The translations under genes were made by a program, and so were the position numbers. DNA of 64,000 bases from Bacteroidota bacterium (GTDB lineage Bacteria; Bacteroidota; Ignavibacteria; UBA10030), in the NCBI GenBank assembly GCA_035291905.1, contig DATDRF010000103.1:2805-66804 (forward strand), written 5' to 3'. Position 1 is the first letter of the stretch. Every line of letters begins with the position of its first letter. Positions 29,700 to 38,723 of the stretch are shown here, one piece after another. The notes below the pieces were generated by a model, which was not told the origin of the DNA, did no database searches, and was given only the letters and a program-made list of their open reading frames with translations.

Positions 29700-30668
29700 A
29701 TGACTGGGATAAACGCTCAATCGGGATACGCGACTGATCTTTCTATTATCATTGTCAACCATGATACGCGTGAACTGCTGAGCGATTGTCTGCATTCGCT
29801 GAAGATGGAACGCGAATCACGTCCCCTCCAGGTGATTGTTGTCGACAACGGCTCGCATGACGGCAGCCCGGAAATGGTGGAGCATGATTTTCCACATGTG
29901 CGCCTCATACGCAATGAAACCAACGAAGGATTTGCCAAACCGAATAACCAGGGCCTCGCCCTTGCCGAAGGCCGCTACTGCCTGCTCCTTAACAGCGACA
30001 CGATCGTCAGGCCCCATGCATTGAGAACTCTGGTGAACTTCATCGACAATCATCCGGATGTCGGCGCCTGCGGTCCCCGATTGGTGAATCCTGACGGGAC
30101 GCTGCAGCGCTCGTGCAGGAGTTTTCCGTCATTGTGGAGACACTTCTGCGACATGTCCGGGCTCGAGAATCTCTTTCCAAACAGTGTGTTCGGGAATTTT
30201 GAGAAGCGGTTTGATCATGACCGCGATGCCGAGGTCGATCAACCGATGGGTGCAGCCCTTCTTGTGAGATCGGATGTCATCCGGCAGGTTGGTTATCTCG
30301 ACGAGCAATTCAAGATCTACTACAACGAAGTGGACTGGTGCAAAAGGATCAAGGATTCAGGGTGGAAGATCTCTTTCGTTCGGGATGCTGAGATCGTTCA
30401 CTATGGCGGAAAGACGACTGAGATCACCAATCGGTCGATGGAACAATTCGATGAAATGACAAGAAATACTCTGCGATATTATGAAAAGCACTCGGGTTTC
30501 GCCGGAGCTGCGGGCTACAGGATGCTCCTCGTCGCGGGATTCAGCGTTCGGGTAGCGCTGTGGACAATAGTCTCGATGCTGAGACCGAGTCCATCCGTAA
30601 GCTCGCGGCTCATGTTCGCAAGGAAATTCCTTTCGATCGGATTCCGTGGATCGCCGGCGCCCCGATGA
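29700..30668 (+). CDS. Family 2 glycosyltransferase
   Basis: LSIIIVNHDTRELLSDCLHSL...VIVVDNGSHDGS. Confidence 0.8.
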   Translation: MTGINAQSGYATDLSIIIVNHDTRELLSDCLHSLKMERESRPLQVIVVDNGSHDGSPEMVEHDFPHVRLIRNETNEGFAKPNNQGLALAEGRYCLLLNSDTIVRPHALRTLVNFIDNHPDVGACGPRLVNPDGTLQRSCRSFPSLWRHFCDMSGLENLFPNSVFGNFEKRFDHDRDAEVDQPMGAALLVRSDVIRQVGYLDEQFKIYYNEVDWCKRIKDSGWKISFVRDAEIVHYGGKTTEITNRSMEQFDEMTRNTLRYYEKHSGFAGAAGYRMLLVAGFSVRVALWTIVSMLRPSPSVSSRLMFARKFLSIGFRGSPAPR

Positions 30669-31543
30669 CTACTGATATGAAAGTCTCCATCATCGTTGTG
30701 AACTTTAACGGTGCCAGACACACCCTCGCATGTGTCGCATCGATTCGCGCGTTTGCTCCGTCGTGCGAACACGAAATCATTGTCGTCGACAACAAATCAT
30801 CCGATGAGGAGAGGGATGAGCTTGTCCGACATTTGCCTGACTGCACGATCCTCTTCAGTGGAACGAATCTTGGTTTCGGGGGGGCAAATAATCTTGGGGC
30901 GAAGCATGCCCAGGGAGAGTTTCTCTTCTTTCTCAACAATGATACCCTCCTTACCACCGACACCCTCTCCCGGTTGGTCGATGAACTGGACCGGAATCAC
31001 ACCATAGGAATCCTGGGGCCGGCTTTGCAGAACGCTGATGGTACATTTCAGATGTCGTTCGGGCTTTTTCCTTCGCTGATCAGCGAGTGGCAAACGAAAA
31101 GACTGGGAAAGAGATTCAACCATCGAAACATCAATGTGAAAGAGGTTGTCGAGGATTGGATGCACGAATGGATCACCGGCGCGGCATTGATGATTCGCAA
31201 GGAGTGCTTCGATCGTCTTGGCGGATTCGACCCGTCATACTTCATGTACTTCGAAGATGTCGATCTCTGTTATCGGGCGTACCAGTTCGGATGCGGAATA
31301 GGATATGACGCCGATTGTTCCCTCGTTCACCTTGGGGGCATGAGTTATTCTTCGGGCGAATCCGTTGTTCAGTCAGAGTATCGCAGGAGTCAGTTGAGAT
31401 TCTATGATAAGTTTCGCTTTCGGCCAGAAAGACTACTCTTGCGGGTCTATCTTTTCTTAGAAGCTTTGCTCGGTCTTTTCAGGTCGGGAAAGCAGACGGC
31501 TGCGGCCGTCATAGGATTGGTTTTCAAATACCACGGGAAATGA
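30665..31543 (+). CDS. Family 2 glycosyltransferase
   Basis: VSIIVVNFNGARHTLACVASI...IIVVDNKSSDEE; ATGA overlap with the preceding GT2 gene. Confidence 0.8.
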   Translation: MTTDMKVSIIVVNFNGARHTLACVASIRAFAPSCEHEIIVVDNKSSDEERDELVRHLPDCTILFSGTNLGFGGANNLGAKHAQGEFLFFLNNDTLLTTDTLSRLVDELDRNHTIGILGPALQNADGTFQMSFGLFPSLISEWQTKRLGKRFNHRNINVKEVVEDWMHEWITGAALMIRKECFDRLGGFDPSYFMYFEDVDLCYRAYQFGCGIGYDADCSLVHLGGMSYSSGESVVQSEYRRSQLRFYDKFRFRPERLLLRVYLFLEALLGLFRSGKQTAAAVIGLVFKYHGK

Positions 31544-31552
31544 TCTCATCAC

Positions 31553-32659
31553 ATGGCGCAGATTACCATTGATGCCAGAAAATACTTCGACTTTGGCATC
31601 GGAACATATATATGCCGGTTGACAGAAGGCCTTGCCAGGCTGCGATCAAGTCATTCCTTTCGGCTGCTGGTCGCTCCTGGAGATGAAAAGAAAATCGTTC
31701 CTCCGGTGGGATGGGAGCTTGAAGTGGTCCCGTACGGCAAATATTCAGTGAGTGAATTCTTTCTTCTGGGCAAGAGGGTAAAGCCGAAGAAGGGGAAATG
31801 GATTTTCCATTCCCCTCACTATACACTCCCATTCGGACTGAAAGGCCGCTCAGTTGTGACAATCCACGATCTGATTCATGTGCGATTCCCTCAATTCTTC
31901 TCGGCTGCAAAGCGGGTGTACGCTTACGCAATGATCGGGAACGCCATCAGGGAAGCCCGATTTGTGATCACAGATTCGGAATTCACGAGGCGGGATATTT
32001 TGAGGCTGTTCCCTGCCCGCGCAGACAAGGTGATCGCCGTTCATCTTGGCGTCTCCAACAAATTTCGAATTCTCGCGAAGACTGAGAAAGCACACTTCAA
32101 AGCCCGGCATGGCCTCGAACGTCCGTATATCCTCTTCGTGGGAAACGCCAAGCCGCACAAGGGGATTCCAACACTTCTTCATGCATTTGCACAACTCTCA
32201 GCCTCATTCCGGGAGTTTGATTTGGTCTTTGTCGGTGGTCGACCTGATCAGGACGATTACATCCGCGCCATGTTGGAGGCAACTGGAATTGAAAACAGAA
32301 CAAAGATGTTGGGAAACATTTCCGGAGAAGATCTCGTGCGTGCATACAACTGCGCCGAAATGCTCGTCATGCCCTCGTTGTATGAAGGATTTGGACTTCC
32401 CGCGTTGGAGGCGATGGCATGCGGACTCCCTGTGGTGGTTTCGGACGCCGGGTCGCTTCCTGAAATCGTTGGCGATGCAGCTGCGATCTGTCATGCCGGG
32501 AATCCCGACTCTCTCGCGGACTCGATGGAGTCGATCCTGCGCGACCCGCGTCTTCGAGGCGATCTGATCGAGCGCGGAAAGCGTCAGGTCCAAAAATATT
32601 CATGGAAGGAAACTGCCGTGAAAACGCTTGATATCTACGAGAAAGTCTTGGCAGAGTGA
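31553..32659 (+). CDS. Family 4 (GT-B, group 1) glycosyltransferase
   Basis: C-terminal [33 protein letters not shown] signature. Confidence 0.8.
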   Translation: MAQITIDARKYFDFGIGTYICRLTEGLARLRSSHSFRLLVAPGDEKKIVPPVGWELEVVPYGKYSVSEFFLLGKRVKPKKGKWIFHSPHYTLPFGLKGRSVVTIHDLIHVRFPQFFSAAKRVYAYAMIGNAIREARFVITDSEFTRRDILRLFPARADKVIAVHLGVSNKFRILAKTEKAHFKARHGLERPYILFVGNAKPHKGIPTLLHAFAQLSASFREFDLVFVGGRPDQDDYIRAMLEATGIENRTKMLGNISGEDLVRAYNCAEMLVMPSLYEGFGLPALEAMACGLPVVVSDAGSLPEIVGDAAAICHAGNPDSLADSMESILRDPRLRGDLIERGKRQVQKYSWKETAVKTLDIYEKVLAE

Positions 32660-32736
32660 GTCTTCCGGTGAGACGCTCTCCTCGAAAATGTGCAGGATTA
32701 TGATCATATTGGAACCGATAGAGTTCTTTGTGCGCA

Positions 32737-33327
32737 ATGAAAAAGAATATTGAACGCGTCGGCATATTCGGGGGAACATTCAATCCTCCTCACATGGGGC
32801 ATCTCCTGATTGCAGAGCGCGCAAGGGAGACAGCAGAGCTCAAGAAGGTTATTTTTATTCCTGCGTTTCAACCGCCTCACAAGGTAGGCCGTGAGATTAT
32901 CCCGCCGAAACATCGGCTTGAGATGACCAAACTTGCCGTGAAGGGGAATCGCTGGTTCGAGGTTTCCGACATTGAAATGCGCCAGGCCGGCATATCCTAC
33001 ACGGTTCAGACATTGCGCGTGCTCAGAACCATGCTGCCCGGGACAGAATTGTTTCTGATTCTCGGTTCGGACAGCCTGGCGGAGTACGACAGCTGGAAAG
33101 AACCGGGTGAAATACGGGCAATGGCCGACCTTCTTGTCTACGCTCGCGGAAACGAATCGACGAACCATCTGCCGCCCGGCGTCGAATTGGTTCGTGGACC
33201 GATGGTCGGAATCTCCTCGACCGACATCCGAAGCAGAGTCTCAAGGAGTATGTCCATCCGGTATCTTGTCCCGGCTTCCGTTGAAAGCTACATCAGGAAA
33301 CACCGCCTCTACCACCCACACCCATGA
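32737..33327 (+). CDS. nadD: Nicotinate-nucleotide adenylyltransferase
   Basis: RVGIFGGTFNPPHMGHL (HxGH nucleotidyltransferase motif). Confidence 0.85.
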   Translation: MKKNIERVGIFGGTFNPPHMGHLLIAERARETAELKKVIFIPAFQPPHKVGREIIPPKHRLEMTKLAVKGNRWFEVSDIEMRQAGISYTVQTLRVLRTMLPGTELFLILGSDSLAEYDSWKEPGEIRAMADLLVYARGNESTNHLPPGVELVRGPMVGISSTDIRSRVSRSMSIRYLVPASVESYIRKHRLYHPHP

Positions 33328-35522
33328 TTTCGAAAGACGAGATACGGCGAATCATCCGCACCGATCATCACGATCCGTTCTCAGTTCTTGGCATCCATCA
33401 AGATGACGGCGGAATTGCGGTTCGTGCTTTCCTTCCCGAGGCTGTATCGGCTTTTGTGGTCGAGAAAAAGGGGAATAAGAAAGCCGAAACCCGGATGGAG
33501 AAACTTGACGATGGGGGATTCTTTGAAGCGCGGTTCCCCGATCGGACATCGGTATTTTCTTATTCCCTCAAGCGCGTTGAACGTGACGGAAGTACAGCGA
33601 CGTTTGAGGATTCTTATCGTTTCCTGCCGACACTGACCGAATTCGATCTGCATCTCTTCGGCGCAGGGGATCATCATCATCTTTATGAGAAGCTCGGCGC
33701 GCATTATGCGGAAGTCGAGGGCCTCGGGGGAGTGCAGTTTGCGGTTTGGGCTCCTAATGCCCGGAGTGTGAGTCTTGTCGGCGACTTCAACGGATGGGAT
33801 CGGCGCAGGCATGCCATGCGGGTCCTGGGATCATCCGGAATATGGGAAATCTTTGTCCCGGGACTTGCAGAAGGCGAGCTGTACAAGTACCAGGTGAAAA
33901 CAAAAGACGGCCGTCTGCTGGATAAGACTGATCCGTTTGGATTTGCCATGGAAACAAGACCGAGGACAGCGTCCCGTGTCGATTTTCTGCATCATCATCG
34001 CTGGCAGGACAAGGCTTGGCTGGATAGAAGGGCTTCTGAGGATATCATGGCGAGACCTGTTGCCGCCTATGAGATCCACCTGGGATCGTGGATGCGCGTC
34101 ACCGAAGAAGGGAACAGGTGGCTGACGTACAGGGAACTTGCAGAGAAGTTGATTCCCTATGTTCGTGAACGCGGTTTTAACTACGTAGAGCTGCTTCCCA
34201 TCCTCGAACACCCTCTTGATGCATCGTGGGGGTATCAGGTGACCGGTTACTTTGCACCGACGAGCCGTTTTGGCCGCCCGGAAGATTTCATGTTCTTTGT
34301 AGACCAATGTCACCAGAACGGAATTGGAGTGATCCTCGACTGGGTGCCGGCGCATTTTCCCAAGGACTCCCATGCGCTGGGGCAATTTGACGGAACGGCG
34401 TTGTATGAACACGCCGACCCGCGCAAGGGAGAACATCAGGATTGGGGGACGCTGATTTTCAATTATGGAAGGAATGAAGTACGTAACTTTTTGTTGAGCA
34501 GCGCACTCTTCTGGCTTGATAAATATCACCTCGACGGCATTCGCATCGACGCGGTCGCATCGATGCTGTATCTTGACTATTCACGGAAGGAGGGGGAGTG
34601 GCTCCCGAACAAATACGGAGGCCGCGAGAATCTGGAGGCACTTGATTTCCTCCGCCATTTGAACGGTGTCGTTCATCAGTATTTCCCCGGCGTCCTGATG
34701 ATTGCTGAGGAATCGACCGCCTGGCCCGGCGTTACGAACGGTCTCGAATTCGGCGGCCTTGGGTTCGATCTGAAATGGAACATGGGATGGATGCATGACA
34801 CGCTGGAGTACTTTTTGAAAGATCCCATCTACCGCTCGCATCACCAGGGGAAACTGACATTTGCGTTGCTGTATGCGTTTACGGAACGGTTCATGCTTCC
34901 TCTCTCGCATGATGAGGTCGTCCACGGGAAGGGATCGCTGCTGAGGAAGATGCCGGGAGATGACTGGCAGAAGTTCGCCAACCTGAGGCTGCTGCTTTCG
35001 CTCATGTACACGTTCCCTGGGAAGAAACTCCTGTTCATGGGAGGCGAATTGGCGCAATGGGATGAGTGGTATCATGAACGTTCGCTCGATTGGCATTTAT
35101 TGAACTACGGCCCGCATAAGGGCGTTCAACGGCTGATCGACGATCTGAATCGGCTTTACTGCAAAGAGCAGGCGCTGCATCAGGTCGATTTTCATTATTC
35201 GGGATTCGAGTGGATCGATTTTCACGATGCATCGAACAGTGTGATATCGTTTGAGCGAAAAGCGGCCGATGCGAGAGAGCGCGTCATTGTCGTCCTGAAT
35301 TTCACTCCGATTCCGAGGGACAACTACCGGGTCGGCGTCCCTGAAAAATCGGCCTATGCGGAGCTTCTTAACAGCGATTCGCAGTTCTACGGTGGAGGAA
35401 ATATCGGTAACATCGGTATGATCGAATCAGTGGATGTTGCGATGCATGGCCGTCCTTATTCGCTTCCGTTGGTGTTGCCGCCGCTGGCTGCGCTTGTCCT
35501 TAAGGTTAAAACCCGGAAGTAA
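33324..35522 (+). CDS. glgB: 1,4-alpha-glucan branching enzyme
   Basis: CBM48 plus GH13 catalytic region (GVILDWVPAHF, GIRIDAVASMLY, FTPIPRDNYRVGVP); 732 aa; ATGA overlap with nadD. Confidence 0.9.
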   Translation: MISKDEIRRIIRTDHHDPFSVLGIHQDDGGIAVRAFLPEAVSAFVVEKKGNKKAETRMEKLDDGGFFEARFPDRTSVFSYSLKRVERDGSTATFEDSYRFLPTLTEFDLHLFGAGDHHHLYEKLGAHYAEVEGLGGVQFAVWAPNARSVSLVGDFNGWDRRRHAMRVLGSSGIWEIFVPGLAEGELYKYQVKTKDGRLLDKTDPFGFAMETRPRTASRVDFLHHHRWQDKAWLDRRASEDIMARPVAAYEIHLGSWMRVTEEGNRWLTYRELAEKLIPYVRERGFNYVELLPILEHPLDASWGYQVTGYFAPTSRFGRPEDFMFFVDQCHQNGIGVILDWVPAHFPKDSHALGQFDGTALYEHADPRKGEHQDWGTLIFNYGRNEVRNFLLSSALFWLDKYHLDGIRIDAVASMLYLDYSRKEGEWLPNKYGGRENLEALDFLRHLNGVVHQYFPGVLMIAEESTAWPGVTNGLEFGGLGFDLKWNMGWMHDTLEYFLKDPIYRSHHQGKLTFALLYAFTERFMLPLSHDEVVHGKGSLLRKMPGDDWQKFANLRLLLSLMYTFPGKKLLFMGGELAQWDEWYHERSLDWHLLNYGPHKGVQRLIDDLNRLYCKEQALHQVDFHYSGFEWIDFHDASNSVISFERKAADARERVIVVLNFTPIPRDNYRVGVPEKSAYAELLNSDSQFYGGGNIGNIGMIESVDVAMHGRPYSLPLVLPPLAALVLKVKTRK

Positions 35523-35630
35523 ATGGTTCTCTTTCCCGTTACCGGAGGAGCAAGTCTTCTTGTCTTTTGACGAAATTCTTTCTACCATGAATGAAATTGT
35601 CGCTTAAGTAATCTATCCGAGAATCACCGC

Positions 35631-36359
35631 ATGCCTGCAAAACCCCTCCGCCTACTTGTTGTTGATGACCAGGATTCATTCCGAATGAGCCTCGAAATCG
35701 CGCTGACAATGTCCGATAAGCACGAGGTGACAATGAGTGACTCCGGTGAAGATGCGATTGAGAAACTGAAGGCCGATCAGTTTGATGTCGTTCTTTTGGA
35801 TTACAAAATGCCGGGTCTCTCGGGCCTTGACGTCCTTGCGTGGATGCACGAGAACAGGGTCGATTCGCCGGTGATCATGCTTACCGCAGCCGGATCGGAA
35901 GAGGTGGCTGTCGAAGCGATGAAGTTGGGTGCCTACGACTACCTTTCAAAAGAGCACATTGAAATCGATCGCCTTCCTCTGGTTATCAACAGCGTCTTTG
36001 AACGGTACCTCTACAGAAGAGAGGTCTTGCGCCGCGAGCGGGAAGAACATCAAATGCGGCAGCAACAGCAGGATCTCGCCTCGCTGCAAATGTTCCAGAA
36101 TACAGTCAGCTCGATCGGACAGTTTGTCAACAACAGCCTCGCCGTACTGTCAAAAAGAATAGCTGAGACCGAAACGGACCTTCTTCAGTACGTGACAAAC
36201 GACGGGCGCAAGTCGTTTCGCGATTCCTTCTCAGCCCTGAAACAGGATTTCGATGTTGCATTTTCAGGCCTCAAGTCCATGTTGGACCTTACGACCCTCG
36301 TTACTCAAAAACTCGAAGGGATCCAGAACCCAAAGAGTACCGACCAGCCGAAGCAGTAA
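35631..36359 (+). CDS. Response regulator: CheY-like receiver plus about 120-aa helical C-terminal domain of unknown type
   Basis: LRLLVVDDQDSFRMSL...VVLLDYKMPGLSGLDVL...VIMLTAAGSEE...KLGAYDYLSKE; no recognisable DNA-binding output domain. Confidence 0.75.
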   Translation: MPAKPLRLLVVDDQDSFRMSLEIALTMSDKHEVTMSDSGEDAIEKLKADQFDVVLLDYKMPGLSGLDVLAWMHENRVDSPVIMLTAAGSEEVAVEAMKLGAYDYLSKEHIEIDRLPLVINSVFERYLYRREVLRREREEHQMRQQQQDLASLQMFQNTVSSIGQFVNNSLAVLSKRIAETETDLLQYVTNDGRKSFRDSFSALKQDFDVAFSGLKSMLDLTTLVTQKLEGIQNPKSTDQPKQ

Positions 36360-36368
36360 TCCGCCGCG

Positions 36369-38057
36369 ATGCCGAATCGGCTTTCCACCCGCCCCGCAAA
36401 GCTCCCTCGGGACGACAATCAACGGTCAAAAAAAGAACTTCTCAAAGAACTGAGAATGCTTCGCCGTCAGTACGTGAACTTGAAAATCCTCAAGTATGAG
36501 CACGACAAAGCTCTTGCAGCGCTGAAGGAAAGCCAGGAGAAGTATCGCAGAATTGTCGAAAGTGCGAGCGACATCATCTACCGAACAGATGAGCGCGGGT
36601 ATTTCACGTACGCCAATCATGCTGCAGTTCGGATCATCGGGTATCCGATCAAGGAGATTTTGGGCAGGAATTACATGGAGCTCCTCCGCCCGGATTATCG
36701 TAAGAAAGCGTATCGTCACTACACGATGCAAACAGAACAGCGGATCCCGAGCACCTACTTCGAATTCCCCGCCGTGTCAAATGAGGGTGAGACTGTTTGG
36801 CTTGGACAGAACGTTCAGCTGATCATGCAAGGGAAGAAGATCGTCGAACTGCAGGCGGTCGCAAGGGATATCACTGAGGTCAAACGCGCGGAGGAAGAAA
36901 GAGCTCGTTTGGAGGTTCAGCTTCGCCAGTCCCAGAAAATGGAATCGATCGGGAGGCTTGCCGGCGGCATAGCTCACGATTTCAACAACATCCTGGGAAT
37001 TATTCTCGCCCATGTCAGTCTCCTGGAGCGTTCCGATCTTCCTGCCGAACAAAAGTCTTCAAGTATCGAAGCCTTGAACAGGACAGTCGGATGAGCCAAG
37101 GGAATGGTCGGTGAACTCCTGACCCTGGCGCGAAAGAGCGAACCATCATTGGAGTATCTGGATGTCGAAAAGGCAATTCGGGAATTTGCCCCGGTCATCG
37201 AGGGGACATTCCCGCGGTCGATTTCATTGTCGATTCGATGTACGCGGGGATTGCCCGGCATCGACGCCGATCCGAACCAATTTCACCAGCTTCTCCTCAA
37301 TCTGTTTGTGAACGCGCGCGATGCCATGCCCAATGGGGGGAAGATCGAGGTGACAACCGAACAATATTTCGGCGAGTCTGTGCGGATGATATTTCGGGAA
37401 GCGGAAGAAACGCCGTACGTCGGGATCAGGGTGAAAGACACGGGCATCGGAATGGACGAGTCCACGAGGGTGCGTATCTTCGAGCCGTTCTTCTCTACAA
37501 AGCCGCAGGGAAGAGGAACGGGCCTTGGGTTGGCTGTGGCATACGGAATCATCAAGAGTCACCGTGGATTTGTCGATGTGGAAAGCAACCCGGGAAAAGG
37601 ATCGACGTTCTTCTTGTTTTTTCCGAAGGGGGTCCGCACTCCAAGGGCGGCTGCGCCCGTGCGGAAACAGGCAACTACCCCCGGTGGGAATGAGACGATT
37701 CTCTTTGTCGAGGATGAAGATCTCCTCCGTGAAGTCATATCGAAGATACTGAAAGAAAAGGGGTACACGGTCCTTGAGGCAGTGGACGGAATAGGGGCGG
37801 TCGATGTATTCATGAAGAATCATAAGCAGATTGACCTTGTGCTTTCCGACTTCGGATTACCGAAACTCGGCGGATGGGAAGCGTGCATTACGATGAAGGA
37901 AATCAAACCTGAGGTGCGGGTCATTCTGGCGAGCGGCTTTATTGAGCCGGCAGTCAGGAATGAAATGGCAATAGCGGGAATCACAACGTTCGTCCAGAAG
38001 CCTTACGTCCCTGACGAGGTTCTGCAAAACATCAGGGAATTGATGAAAAAGGGATGA
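36369..38057 (+). pseudogene. Hybrid sensor histidine kinase (PAS, HisKA, HATPase_c, REC) interrupted by an in-frame TGA at 37092-37094
   Basis: Track ORFs 36369..37094 and 37104..38057 are in the same frame. The stop falls inside the HisKA helix: ...IAHDFNNILGIILAHVSLLERSDLPAEQKSSSIEALNRTVG*AKGMVGELLTLARKS.... Downstream are N/G1/G2 boxes (NARDAMPNGG, DTGIGMDE, GTGLGLAV) and a receiver (ILFVEDEDLLREV...LVLSDFGLP). Confidence 0.6.
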
Positions 38058-38065
38058 CGTTTTCT

Positions 38066-38259
38066 GGTAGTGGGTCAGTTTGATGTAATCTTCAACGCGA
38101 AGGCGCAGAGGTCGCAGCCGACCATTCCGCCATATTGAAATGGTGAATTGATCACTTCGGCAGGCAGGTCTGCGTCCTCCCCGCCTGCCTCAAAGATCTT
38201 ATTGAGGCGGGCAGGCGCGACTCTGCGTTGTAGTCTAGTATTGAAACTGACCCACTACC
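38066..38259. mobile_element. MITE-like nonautonomous element copy A (194 bp): 16-bp perfect terminal inverted repeats, 8-bp target-site duplication CGTTTTCT
   Basis: Left TIR GGTAGTGGGTCAGTTT (38066-38081) is the exact reverse complement of AAACTGACCCACTACC (38244-38259). Direct repeats CGTTTTCT lie at 38058-38065 and 38260-38267. Internal core cacttcggcaggcaggtctgcgtcct and gcgactctgcgttgtagtcta is shared with copy B at 55594-55750. Confidence 0.7.
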
Positions 38260-38419
38260 CGTTTTCTTGAAGTCAGGGTGAAAGTTTTGTATTTTCCATT
38301 ATTGCACGCGCCCGTACCCGCCAACATCACCCACGAACGCTTTTTTTGTGAGTGGCAGTGATTTTTGAGCGTCCCGCCACAAGGCGGGATCTGGACAAGT
38401 GCTTCAAAGAATTTCATAG

Positions 38420-38493
38420 CCCCCGTAGCTCAGATGGATAGAGCAGCGGTTTCCTAAACCGCTTGTCGGACGTTCGAGTCGTCTCGGGGGCAC
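38420..38493 (+). tRNA. tRNA-Arg (anticodon CCT)
   Basis: Acceptor GCCCCCG/CGGGGGC plus discriminator A; D arm GCTCAGATGGATAGAGC; anticodon arm GCGGT-TTCCTAA-ACCGC (CCT); T arm GGACG-TTCGAGT-CGTCT; CCA not encoded. Confidence 0.9.
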
Positions 38494-38505
38494 AATCGGT
38501 TTCAC

Positions 38506-38568
38506 CGTTGTCGGACGTTCTCAGCCGTAGGCTGATCCGCCTTTGGCGGAGAGTCGTCTCGGGGGCAC
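38506..38568 (+). repeat. Direct duplicate of the 3' 34 nt of tRNA-Arg (33/34 identical), interrupted by a 30-bp insert forming two perfect 6-bp hairpins
   Basis: ccgttgtcggacgttc (38506-38521) and gagtcgtctcgggggca (38552-38568) match tRNA positions 38459-38493. The insert 38522-38551 is tcagccgtaggctga plus tccgcctttggcgga. No 5' acceptor strand upstream, so this is not a complete tRNA. Confidence 0.75.
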
Positions 38569-38723
38569 TATCTCCCGGGAATTTTGTGGGATTCGGAGTG
38601 ATTTGGATTTGCTTCCCTCATTGACTTTTTGGGGAAAAAGCGCAACTATGAAAAACATGTTTTCGGCCCCTCCCGCCGCAAGACTTCTCCACTGAGATCT
38701 CACTACTGGAACGGAGAGTTGTT

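Noticed and set aside
37092-37094. TGA in the histidine kinase as evidence for a TGA-sense genetic code (code 25/4) or selenocysteine.
   Set aside because: At least ten neighbouring genes terminate cleanly at TGA (for example 4990?, 13085 no; 31543 GT2, 40364 NTPase, 62635 ltaE, 38057 HK end) with proper downstream gene starts. No SECIS-like hairpin follows the site. A local nonsense mutation or error is far more likely.
38494-38580. Second tRNA gene (tandem tRNA-Arg) immediately after the first.
   Set aside because: Only the 3' variable-loop/T-arm/acceptor half is present. There is no 5' acceptor strand, D arm or anticodon arm upstream, and the T arm is split by a 30-bp insert. It is interpreted as a duplicated 3' fragment, not a gene.
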